A stretch of 31,776 bases of DNA, from IMG/VR virus record IMGVR_UViG_3300020203_000063, positions 1-31,776 of that record; one strand, written 5' to 3'. The notes below the pieces were generated by a model. The model searched no databases and was not told where the DNA came from. It saw nothing but the letters and a program-made list of their open reading frames with translations. This DNA comes from a virus (taxonomy: Duplodnaviria > Caudoviricetes). Positions 1 through 8,800 of the stretch are shown here, in pieces. The position numbers were made by a program, and so were the translations under genes. Within the stretch, counting starts at the first letter, position 1. The number at the start of each line of letters is the position of its first letter.

Positions 1-86
1 CGCCCGTGAAAATACTCGGGGGATGCCCCGCTTCGCGCGCCGAACCCAGGATTGGGCCGGGGGTTGAGGCAGGGTTGATCCCAAAA

Positions 87-263
87 TTATTCTGGGCTGA
101 ATCTGCGGTCGCGCTCGGCAAGCATCGCGTCCGCCAGCGCAGCGCACTCCTGCACGGTGCGCGGGGTGGCCGCGTCCCGTGTGGTCCCGGGGTGCAGGCT
201 CATGCCCATGATGCCCCCGAAGTACACGTCCCACGCCACGGCGCGGAGTTGATCTTGTTCCAT
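87..263 (-). CDS. small hypothetical phage protein (58 aa, [15 protein letters not shown]...[14 protein letters not shown])
   Basis: ATG at 263 preceded by GAAAGG. The C-terminal 'ADAMLAER' pattern resembles a common small phage protein type. The ORF track's longer start at 362 overlaps the fibre gene. Confidence 0.6.
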   Translation of the reverse strand: MEQDQLRAVAWDVYFGGIMGMSLHPGTTRDAATPRTVQECAALADAMLAERDRRFSPE

Positions 264-286
264 GTGAAACCTTTCAGGCCCCGGGA

Positions 287-1933
287 TCACCAGGTGCTCA
301 GGGCAGTGCGCTTCCACGTGTTCGTGGCGGTGCACACGTAGACGTAGTTGGCGTCCCAGCATATCTCCCCGGTAACGCCCGAAGCCGCTGCTGATGCCGG
401 GGTGCGCGCGGTGCGCACGCGGATGCCGTCACTGTTGAAGTCCACGGCCACGGCTGGGCCGTTCGTGTTGAACCCGAAGCGCCCTTCGTGCGTGATGCGC
501 AGACGCTCTGTGACCGTGGAAGCCCCGTCCGCCGTGGTGGAGAAGATCAGGGACGAGGGCATGTCGTTCGTGCCCGGGGTGGCGCTGACGACAGCCCCGA
601 TGATCGCGCCCTGGACGAAGTTCGTGCCATCGTCCCCGGCGAATACGATCTGAGCGAGCACGTCACTGGACTGCACCACGCCCCGGGTGTTCACCACGGC
701 CCCACGGGATTTCATCAGGTGGATGTCTGTGCCCGATGCGGAGTTGTTCCAGATGCTCGCCGAGAGCCCGGAAGCGCCCCCGGTGGCTGTGGACTGCACG
801 TTGTTCGCCGAGAAGCCTTGAACCGTGTGGGCGTTAGGGCTACCCGCGATGACATCCGTGCTGAACCGCCCCGTGGCTGCGGTGGCGCTCCCCGTCGCGG
901 TGACGTTCCCGGTCGCGGTGAAGTTCCCGGTGACGGTCGTGTCCCCTGCCACGGTCACGATGCCTGAGAAGGCGTGCGTCCCCGCGACATAGGGGATGGT
1001 CCCCAGGTCCGCCGCTGCGGTGGTGGTGGCGTTCCCGACATACCCTTGGCGCACATTCCCTGCGCTGAAGAAGCCCACAAGCCCAGTCGCACTTCCCGTG
1101 CCCCGCGTCACCACGGTGTAACCCGTGGCGGTTGCAAAGGTCGTGAACGACAGCGCGGTTGCGGACCCTGCTGTGAACAGGGCAGTGGCCTGTAGCCCAC
1201 CTGCGACCGTCATGTACCCGTTGCTGCGCGCGATGCTGACTGCGGTGGCGAGCAGCGTGCCGGCGTCGTTGTACCGGTTGACGAAGAAGTCCGACCCCGC
1301 CCCCGAGCCGGACTCCGTTGCGGAATTCGTCCCGAATATCCAGCGGTTCAAGCCCGCAGTGCGTGAGTACCAGGCCCGATTCTGCGGCGTGAGGGTGTCC
1401 ATGAACAGGCCCGCAGTGCCCGCCGTGCTCATGACGATGATGTTCCCGAGGAGCAGGGAGCCCGTCAGGGCGAAGTCCCCGCTGACTGTCATCCCCCCGC
1501 TGTTCGCAAGGGATGTGCAGGTGACGGCCTGGAAGCCCCAGGTGGCGGTCACGGCTTCCACGCTCCCTGCGCGGGTGTACTGCGGGTGCGGGTTCGCCGC
1601 AGCCACGTGCGCTGCGTCCTCTGCCGTGGCGAATGCCCTGTCCCCGTGGGGGTCCGTGGCCGCGATGTGCGCCGTGACGGCCGTGCTGCCCTTGTCCGTG
1701 TTCGTCAGGGGCACCAGGCGCGTGATACGGTTGTACGCTGCGCTGATCCCGTCGTGGGGGTTCGCCAGGGCGGCGCCCACAAGGTCCGTGATGCCCTGGG
1801 CGTCGGTGCCCTGATGCCCCACGCCAGCGGGGGTGCCCCCCGCGATCACGGCTGCGGCCGCGCCCACGGCGGGTGCGCCCCCGGGTGCCAGCGCCTGCTG
1901 CCCGGGGTCAACGCGGAACACGCCCCGGCTCAC
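287..1933 (-). CDS. tail fibre / receptor-binding protein (~548 aa)
   Basis: GTG at 1933 overlaps the lysin stop (GTGA). N-terminal AHxAAxDPH/NPHPQY repeats; Gly/Thr/Ala/Ser-rich beta repeats ([23 protein letters not shown]); fibre-type segments '[13 protein letters not shown]' and '[16 protein letters not shown]'; C-terminal '[13 protein letters not shown]...WKR'. Confidence 0.8.
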   Translation of the reverse strand: MSRGVFRVDPGQQALAPGGAPAVGAAAAVIAGGTPAGVGHQGTDAQGITDLVGAALANPHDGISAAYNRITRLVPLTNTDKGSTAVTAHIAATDPHGDRAFATAEDAAHVAAANPHPQYTRAGSVEAVTATWGFQAVTCTSLANSGGMTVSGDFALTGSLLLGNIIVMSTAGTAGLFMDTLTPQNRAWYSRTAGLNRWIFGTNSATESGSGAGSDFFVNRYNDAGTLLATAVSIARSNGYMTVAGGLQATALFTAGSATALSFTTFATATGYTVVTRGTGSATGLVGFFSAGNVRQGYVGNATTTAAADLGTIPYVAGTHAFSGIVTVAGDTTVTGNFTATGNVTATGSATAATGRFSTDVIAGSPNAHTVQGFSANNVQSTATGGASGLSASIWNNSASGTDIHLMKSRGAVVNTRGVVQSSDVLAQIVFAGDDGTNFVQGAIIGAVVSATPGTNDMPSSLIFSTTADGASTVTERLRITHEGRFGFNTNGPAVAVDFNSDGIRVRTARTPASAAASGVTGEICWDANYVYVCTATNTWKRTALSTW

Positions 1934-2400
1934 TGCGTCGCCCCTGCCAGGCACAAGGCCCGCTCGGCGGCGCGGCGGCGCACCAGGCCCCGCTGCACCT
2001 GGCCGGCTGCGTAGACCCAGCGCGAAAGCTCATCGCAGGCACCCCGGGTGTCCCCCGCGTTCAGCCGGCGCAGCAGTGCGCTGCGTGCCAGGCTCCCTTC
2101 CCCCACGTTGAACGTGAAGCTGACGAGAGCGTCGAAGGTGTCCTGAGACACCTGGACCCGCACATGCCGGCGCACGGCGGCGGCGGCCACGGCCACATCC
2201 GCCTCAAGCAGTTGCGCGCACTCTGCGGCCGTGTAGATGCGCCCCAGCCGGGCGGTGAGGGTGTGCCCCACGCAGGCTGTGACCACGCCGGCCACATCCT
2301 TGTATCCGTGGCGGACTTCGCCCTCGAAGGGGCGGATGAGGGCGACTGCACCCGCGCCTGCTGCGAGGATGACAGCCGCGATGCGGGTGCGGTTGCTCAC
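1930..2400 (-). CDS. endolysin, GH24 (T4/P21-type) lysozyme with a probable SAR N-terminus (~156 aa)
   Basis: Catalytic E-x8-D-x5-T triad (EGEVRHGYKDVAGVVT), 'DALVSFTFNVG' and 'GLVRRRAAER'. GTG start at 2400 gives a basic then Ala/Gly-rich weakly hydrophobic segment (SNRTRIAAVILAAGAGAVALI). Confidence 0.9.
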   Translation of the reverse strand: MSNRTRIAAVILAAGAGAVALIRPFEGEVRHGYKDVAGVVTACVGHTLTARLGRIYTAAECAQLLEADVAVAAAAVRRHVRVQVSQDTFDALVSFTFNVGEGSLARSALLRRLNAGDTRGACDELSRWVYAAGQVQRGLVRRRAAERALCLAGATQ

Positions 2401-2401
2401 G

Positions 2402-2884
2402 TTAGATCGTGATGCCGGCCGGTGCGAAGGTGGCCGCAGCCAGGCCCGCGATGTTGCGGATGCCGCCCACCGTGGGGGCCGTGTAGCCGATGGTGTTCGT
2501 GTCCACCAGGGCCACGGCCACAACGATGACCACCGTGCTGCCCACCACCGTCACGGAAGTGACAGCGGGGGTGCCTTGGATGGCGAAGGCGGCGGCGTCG
2601 GGCGTGCTGTCCGTGCGCAGGGCTTCGCTGAAGGTCAGCGTGATGGTGGTCACGGATGCAGCGACAACACCCGTTCGGGAAACGAGGGTCGGGATCGTCT
2701 CATCCTTCAGGGCGGTGCACACGTCCTTCAGCGTGCCGAAGAAGGTCTCCAGCGCCGTGGCCAGGGCCACGTCACCCGTCACGCGCCGCGCGGTCTCTGC
2801 GTCGGTCATGGCTCGGGCGGCGATGTCGCGCAGGGCGTTCGCTACCCCGGTCTTGCCGGGGAACGGGAGAGTCGTTGCTTTCAT
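2402..2884 (-). CDS. putative virion decoration protein: helical N-terminus plus C-terminal Ig-like/SwmB-like domain (160 aa)
   Basis: C-terminal 'TITLTFSEAL...PDAAAFAI...VTSVTVVGSTVVI...IGYTAP...IRNIAG' fits the SwmB/bacterial Ig-like pattern. RBS GAAAGG; ATGA overlap with the upstream gene. Confidence 0.7.
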   Translation of the reverse strand: MKATTLPFPGKTGVANALRDIAARAMTDAETARRVTGDVALATALETFFGTLKDVCTALKDETIPTLVSRTGVVAASVTTITLTFSEALRTDSTPDAAAFAIQGTPAVTSVTVVGSTVVIVVAVALVDTNTIGYTAPTVGGIRNIAGLAAATFAPAGITI

Positions 2885-3081
2885 GATGTCTTACCTTTCG
2901 AGGGGGTCTTGGGGCACAGCGCCGCCATGCCCAGGAAGAACTCCTTCAGGCGTGGCGCCGCGTCGGATTCCCCGTGGGTGATGTCGAACAGAATGCGCGC
3001 GGAATTCAGCGCCTTGTAGGCTTCGCGCCGCAGGGTCACGCCGTTGGGCGTGGGGGCGGTGGGCAGGTCCGTGAGTTGCAT
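2881..3081 (-). CDS. small hypothetical protein (66 aa, MQLTDLPTAP...), similar to the N-terminus of the downstream gene
   Basis: ATG at 3081 within ORF 2881..3297. Its stop overlaps the next ATG, and it shows visible similarity to the neighbour's N-terminal half. Confidence 0.65.
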   Translation of the reverse strand: MQLTDLPTAPTPNGVTLRREAYKALNSARILFDITHGESDAAPRLKEFFLGMAALCPKTPSKGKTS

Positions 3082-3497
3082 GTACGTTTCCAGTAGATCG
3101 AGTGCCCAAGCGCCCAGCGACGCTGGGGCGAGTACGGCAGGAACCCACCCCGGATCAGGGATCGGGCGCTTGCCGTGTTTGTGTTTGTGCAGTCCGTCAG
3201 GGCCGTGTGCCCACTGAGGGCGAGTAGGCCCCGCCAGCGGGCTCGGATGAGTCTCTGCTGTATGCCGTGGCCCCGGTGGCTCGGAAGCACGCCACAACGC
3301 GCCATGTACCAGACACCGGGCTCACCCCGGACTTCGTGCGCGACAGCAAAGGCCACGGGCGTGGCGCCGTCGAAGGCGAGGAACCAAAGGTCTGCGGCGC
3401 GAAGGGGGTAGGGGTCGTCACCCGGCAGGCACGCTGCCTGAAGGTTCTCTATCTGGGGCCGCCACCTGAGGGCGTGCACCCGGCGAATGCTTGTCAC
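3036..3497 (-). CDS. GNAT-family acetyltransferase
   Basis: Acetyl-CoA-binding motif A 'GVLPSHRGHGIQQRL' and motif B-like 'NTASARSLIRGGF'. GTG start overlaps the TerL stop. Confidence 0.8.
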   Translation of the reverse strand: MTSIRRVHALRWRPQIENLQAACLPGDDPYPLRAADLWFLAFDGATPVAFAVAHEVRGEPGVWYMARCGVLPSHRGHGIQQRLIRARWRGLLALSGHTALTDCTNTNTASARSLIRGGFLPYSPQRRWALGHSIYWKRTCNSRTCPPPPRPTA

Positions 3498-5278
3498 CTG
3501 CGCATCCTCTTGGCTGCGGCCCCCCCGAAGGTAGGGGCCTTGTACCGGTTGTATCCCAGGGGGTCCGCTGTCAGCAGCTTGTAGGCCATCGCTTCGGCGG
3601 CCTTCTTGGCCTGGCCTTGGTCAATGCCCAGCGTTACCTGCCAGTAGCGCACCGTGCCTTCAACCGCGTCCAGGCGGTCGTCGTGCACCAGGCTGTTGCG
3701 GTCCCGGGTCAGCTTGGCGACTTGGAAGAAGAAGCTGTACGTCTGCGCCACCGTGGCCGCATACCGCTTCGTGGTCTGCCAGTCCTGTTCAACGATGTCC
3801 TCGTTCACCACCAGGGAGCCCCGGCCAATGACAGGCTCCAGGGTGTTGGCGATGCGCAGTTCCTTCTGCCCGTGCACCATGTCATCCTCGACCTGGCACT
3901 GGGGGTGCTGGGCGCGCAGCAGGGGCGTGAGCACTTCGCGGAACGCGCCATAGCCCATGTTCTTCTCGATGGTGATGACGTTGACGCCCCAGCGTTTCGC
4001 CACGGCGACGAGGGCTTCCAGCTTCTCCAGGTCATAGCCGCCTGGGATGCCGCCGACATCGAACAGGAATATGTTGCCGTTCATGGCGCCGCTGACGGCA
4101 TAGCCTGTCTCGTCCCCGTTGATGCCGCCAGGCGCTGGGTCCACGTACATGTGCAGCGTGGGCACCTTGGCGTGCCCGGCTGTGTTCGCCAGGGGCACGC
4201 ACAGGCGAAACGTGTGGTCCCCGCATTGGTACTGCCGCGTGCCCGCGATGCTGGTGTCGGCCAGCACTTCCGTGGGCACGCTGCGCGCCGCGCCCAGGCG
4301 CATCACAAGGATGCGGTCCGTCTTCAGCGGGTAGCGCATCGCGTCCGTCAGGCGCGTGTTCAGCATGTGCTGAAGCTGGAAGTACGCCAGGCCCTGCTCA
4401 CGCTGCTTGCGCTGTAGCACCTGCTCGCCGAGGTAGCTGGGATCGACGGGCTTGCCCAAGTCCCCGGCCCCGCCGCCGCCAGTCTGTAGCATGGGGTTGC
4501 GCTTGATGCGCTGCGCGATCAGCGGCGCCAGGTGGTTGCCGTAGTGCGCCAGTTCGTCCGCACTGGGGTAACGCCCAGGCCACACGCGGATCGCCACACC
4601 CCGGGCGGGGAGCCCGTTGTATATGCTGTCCGTGCTCTGGGGCGTGCCCAGCCAGATGACGCGCGGGGGTAGGCCGTCCTGCCCCATCGCTATGCTGGTG
4701 AAGTCCAGCGTCAGGTGCACAAGCTGCGCACGCTGCACGGCGGTGAGGGCGTTCTTTGCGCTCTCGATGTCGTCCGCGATCAGCACGTCCGCGCGCTTGC
4801 CTTGCAAGTTGCTGCTGATGCCCACGCAGGCCACGCTGGGGGACTTGTCCACACCCTTGAGCGTGTGGTGGATGTCGAAGTGCTCGACGGATGTGCGGTC
4901 GCCAGCGGACTGGTCCGGGTGCAGGCACTCCAGGATGCCCCACGTCGTGATAACGCGGACGATCAGGGTGCTTATCTCGTTCGCTTGCGTGGCGCCAGCG
5001 GACACGATCAGCACGCGGGTCTTGGGGTTGTGGATCAGGGACCACACCGCGAACAGTGCCGCGATACTGGTCTTGGCTTGGCCCCGCTGGGCCTGCACCA
5101 TGATGGACGCTGGGCCGTGCGCCATCCACTCGGCAATGTCTGCCTGGATGTCTGAGATGCTGAACCCGATGAAACGCATGCCGTCCACAAGGAACGGCAG
5201 GAAGTCGGGGTAGCTCTCTTGCAGCACAGCCAGCGACTGCAACCTGATAAGGGCTGCGTCGCCGGTCTCTTGCCTCAC
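3494..5278 (-). CDS. terL: terminase large subunit (T7 gp19-like DNA maturase B)
   Basis: Walker A-like 'QAQRGQAKT', Walker B 'VLIADDIE', 'LGTPQS', nuclease motifs 'YVDPAPGG..GDET' and 'HDDRLDA'; 594 aa. Confidence 0.96.
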   Translation of the reverse strand: MRQETGDAALIRLQSLAVLQESYPDFLPFLVDGMRFIGFSISDIQADIAEWMAHGPASIMVQAQRGQAKTSIAALFAVWSLIHNPKTRVLIVSAGATQANEISTLIVRVITTWGILECLHPDQSAGDRTSVEHFDIHHTLKGVDKSPSVACVGISSNLQGKRADVLIADDIESAKNALTAVQRAQLVHLTLDFTSIAMGQDGLPPRVIWLGTPQSTDSIYNGLPARGVAIRVWPGRYPSADELAHYGNHLAPLIAQRIKRNPMLQTGGGGAGDLGKPVDPSYLGEQVLQRKQREQGLAYFQLQHMLNTRLTDAMRYPLKTDRILVMRLGAARSVPTEVLADTSIAGTRQYQCGDHTFRLCVPLANTAGHAKVPTLHMYVDPAPGGINGDETGYAVSGAMNGNIFLFDVGGIPGGYDLEKLEALVAVAKRWGVNVITIEKNMGYGAFREVLTPLLRAQHPQCQVEDDMVHGQKELRIANTLEPVIGRGSLVVNEDIVEQDWQTTKRYAATVAQTYSFFFQVAKLTRDRNSLVHDDRLDAVEGTVRYWQVTLGIDQGQAKKAAEAMAYKLLTADPLGYNRYKAPTFGGAAAKRMRR

Positions 5279-5592
5279 TGTATGGCGTAGCCGTCAGGCA
5301 GGTCCGCGGCCGGGTTGAAGGCAGCCCCCGTGGGGCTCTGCCTGGCAGCGCGTTGCTTCGCCAGTTCTTCCTTCAGCTTGCCGATGGCGTTGTCCTGGCC
5401 GGGGGCACAGGTGATGTCGTTGTCCTTCAGGAAGGCACGAATCCAGGCCATGTCAGCCGCGCTCGGCTTGAGTGCGATGACAGTGCCGTCTTCGCACTTC
5501 TCGGTGGCCCGCAGGATGCCCAGGGCAACCTCGGTCATCAGGTCGTGGACAATCCCCAGCTTGTCTTCACTTGCCGTCGTCTTGTTGCTCAT
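5275..5592 (-). CDS. terS: terminase small subunit (T7 gp18-like DNA maturase A)
   Basis: 105 aa directly upstream of TerL; 'SAADMAWIRAFLKDNDIT' fits the gp18-like FLKDNxI pattern. Confidence 0.85.
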   Translation of the reverse strand: MSNKTTASEDKLGIVHDLMTEVALGILRATEKCEDGTVIALKPSAADMAWIRAFLKDNDITCAPGQDNAIGKLKEELAKQRAARQSPTGAAFNPAADLPDGYAIQ

Positions 5593-5779
5593 GGCGCTCC
5601 TTGCGGCGTTGCAGGTAGTGCAGGACGAACTTGTCCCGAATGAGGACGAATAGGTTGGCGAGGGCCAACACCAGGGTGATGATGAGTACCCAATCCGGCA
5701 GTGTCGCTCCCAGCAGGTAAAGGCTGGAAACGCTTGCCGGGGGTCCGACTGTTGCGACAGCCCTTACGGCGTCTTGCAT
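5567..5779 (-). CDS. putative holin (70 aa)
   Basis: ATG at 5779 with RBS GGAG. Transmembrane segment 'WVLIITLVLALANLFVLI' and a charged C-terminus; occupies the gp17.5-like position before TerS. Confidence 0.65.
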   Translation of the reverse strand: MQDAVRAVATVGPPASVSSLYLLGATLPDWVLIITLVLALANLFVLIRDKFVLHYLQRRKERHEQQDDGK

Positions 5780-5800
5780 GGGTGTAATCTCCGGTTGATA

Positions 5801-5817
5801 GTTCACTATCGGGTCTC
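5801..5817 (-). promoter_or_regulatory. repeated intergenic motif, copy 1 (minus strand GAGACCCGATAGTGAAC); candidate phage RNAP promoter
   Basis: The 12-mer gttcactatcgg is identical at 5801-5812 and 23157-23168, and both copies lie at module boundaries just upstream of an RBS. Confidence 0.45.
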
Positions 5818-5836
5818 CCCGGGGTCTCCCCCGGGG
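5817..5836 (-). other. GC hairpin CCCCGGGG-GAGA-CCCCGGGG (GNRA loop), no U-tract
   Basis: Perfect 8-bp stem 5 nt downstream of the stop codon of the large internal virion protein. Confidence 0.55.
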
Positions 5837-5841
5837 GCCTC

Positions 5842-8800
5842 TTAGCGCATCAGATTGATAGCGGGAATGACGAACGGCAGGTTCGACATCGGCAGTTGTT
5901 TCAGGCTGTTGCCCAGGCTGCTCGCCCCTGTCAGGGCCTTCGCCATCGCGTCCGCCGACCCCAGCACGGGGATGGCGCCCGCGACGCTCTGCGCGCCCTG
6001 CCCTTGCCTGCCGCCCAGGGTCTCCCCCACGTCACTACTCCAGCCGCCAGCGAAGCCCGCTGTCACGTCCAGCACGTCCCCCATCATCCCGCTCAGGCTG
6101 CCATAGTTCATGGTGGCCCGCACCAGGGCGAAGGGTTCCAGGTTGCGCTGGATGTAGGCTTCGCTGTCGTCGCGTCCGGCCGCGTTCAACTGGACACGCG
6201 CCATGTGGATGGGCAGCGCCAGCGTCATCTGCGCCAGCAGCAGGCCGGACACGTAGGCATAGCCCCTGGCCCCGCCGCCGTGGATCATGGCCCCGCGTTG
6301 CCACTGCTTCTCGGTAGCGGTGACACCGAAGCTGCGCAGTTGCCCCAGCAGCTTCAGGTAGTCGTTGTGCATCCACTTGGTTTTCTCACCGACGAAGGTG
6401 CCCTGGATGATCTGCGACACCCCACGGTGCACGGAGTGCACAAACGCTTCGGCGGTGGCCGGGTTCTCCACCTTGGTGATGTCGAACGCGATCAGCCGGC
6501 CGGTGGCGTCCCACTTCCCGACCTCATGGATGCGGGAGTGCAGCGCACCGATCAAGTCGTCCGTGAACCCCATGTCCCGCAGCGCGGCCAGGTTCCCGCC
6601 CTTCAGGTTGATGATGCCGCTCGGGTCAACATCCGCGTCGCGGATCAGGCGCGCGGCGCGCATCGTGATTTGCTCGGCGGCCATGCGGTGCTGCGCGGCC
6701 ATGATCCCTCGGAAGAAGCTGACCTTCTGCTGGATGTGACTGCCCTTGCCCAGCAGGCGGGCGACGAACCCGGGGTCTTCTGCGTAGGTGCCCACACGCC
6801 CGTCAGGCGGGTCCAGGGGCATGACCATCTTGTACGCCATCGCCCCGAATTCCCCACCCCATGCTTCGATGCTGGTCAGGATGTGGTTGCCGGGGGCCTG
6901 CCCCCGCTTGATGCGGCCAACCTCACCCAACATGCGGGGCAGGCTGGTGATGCCGTTCAGCGTGGCGGACAGGCCCAGGTGGTGCAGCATGTTCATGGTC
7001 TCGCTGGCTTGTGCGAACGCCAGGGAGCCCAGTCGCTGCAACCCCACGAACAGGCGCAGGTTGCCGGCGTTGCGGCTGATGATTTCCCCTTCGATGGGCG
7101 TGCCCAGGATTTCGCCCATCAGGCGGTCGAAGGACTCCAACTCCGGCGCCGTGACGGCCGCGTTGTGGCGGGATGCGGTCTCGGTGATGGCGTCGCGCAG
7201 GTAGCGCACGCCCACCGACCCGTGAATATTGGCGTCCGTCAGCGCCACGGTGCCGCTGGTGCGGTTCGCGTAGCGCCTGGCCAATCCCGTCACGTTGTCA
7301 TCGTAGAAGTCCAGCACCCGCTTGCCGCTGGGCAGCGTGGCATCCAGCGCCACGTCCAGCCGCTTGCGTGTCTGCCCCAGGCCCTTTTCACTTAGGACAG
7401 TCTTGGCCCGCAGCACGGCGGCCAGGTTGGCGGGGTCGCCCTTGGCCTGATCTTCCATCAGGTTCAGGGTTTCGCGGATGGCCGTCACCGCGTCGCTGGC
7501 ATCGGCTGCCAGTTCCACACCCTTGGTGTTCATCGCACGGGCGCGTGCCCGGTTGATGTAGTAGCGGCTGAAGTCCTTAGCGAACCCCGGGGACCAATCC
7601 AGGGTGTTGGCCCAGTGCTCGGCCAGGTGGTCCGACAACTCGTTGATGTCATCGACCGTGGCCGCTGCCATCTTGCGCCCGTCCAGCGCCTGGGGCACGT
7701 AGCCCTTGGAGTCAGCCGGCAGGCGCTCCGACCCCAGCGTACCCGCACGCTTCTGTTCGGCCAGCGCGCGGCTGAACATGCCTTCCATCGCGTCGGCTGC
7801 CTGCCTCACGGCTGCATCCGGGTTCACTCTGTGCAAGGCGTTCCGCCTGGACAGCATCTCATCGTAGACGGCGCGGTTGAACTTGGTGCGCCCCTCGCCC
7901 TTGGTCAGGTCGTCGTACCAGGGGAGTTTGTTCGCCACGCGCCAGGCTTCGAAGTGGCTCTCGAAGTCCAGCACACTGTTGCCGATCAGCTTCTGCTCGA
8001 TCAGCGCCTTGCGGATGGCGACGGTGGGCTTGCGCCCAGCTGCCCCCGTGGTGGTCTCCGTCACCAGGGACGCGACCATCTGCATGATGGGGTTCTGGCT
8101 GCCCGCGATCACCAGGCCGTCGGACTTGCTGCCAATCAGACTCGTGAGCACTCGCAGCTTCACCGGGTCGATGGGGTTGCGCCCAATGAACGCCTTGGCG
8201 TGCCCGAACAAGTTGCTGGCGAACTCCTGACGTGCCTTGCTCAGGCGCAGGGGGTTGATGCTGCTCGCTGCGGGGGCGAGGGTGCCTGCGGACATATCCG
8301 CAGCCTTGCCGTCAAACTGCCCCCGGTTGCTGATCGAGGACTTGACTTGTGTGGGATCGACGACGACGGCCCACCTGACTTTGCCGCCTTCCATCACGAT
8401 TACACCATCCTCGCCAGCGGTCAGCGAGTCCAAGGCCGCGTTCACGCGGGCGTTCGAAGCGTTTTCGTGGCCGTGCAGGACGCGGGGGTTTTTAATGGAC
8501 AGGTAAGCGGGCACGACGTTGGCCCCCGTACTCGTCATCCCGCCCCAAAAGTTGGCCTCATCAGCCGTCGCCGCGAACCACCCCGTGCCATCCTTGAACG
8601 CGGAGAATGACTTCTTGGTCCCGTGATACACCACCAGGGGGCGCCTGTTCTCATCCGCCACCTTGGAATCCCCGAACCAGGTTTTGAACTCGGGGGTTTC
8701 CGTCTGGGCAGTCCGTGCGGACGAGAAGGGGTTGTTTAGTGAATCCGCCTTGAACATCGCAACCGCCAGGTCGTGCGGGGACACCCCCCGCCCCGGCCAG

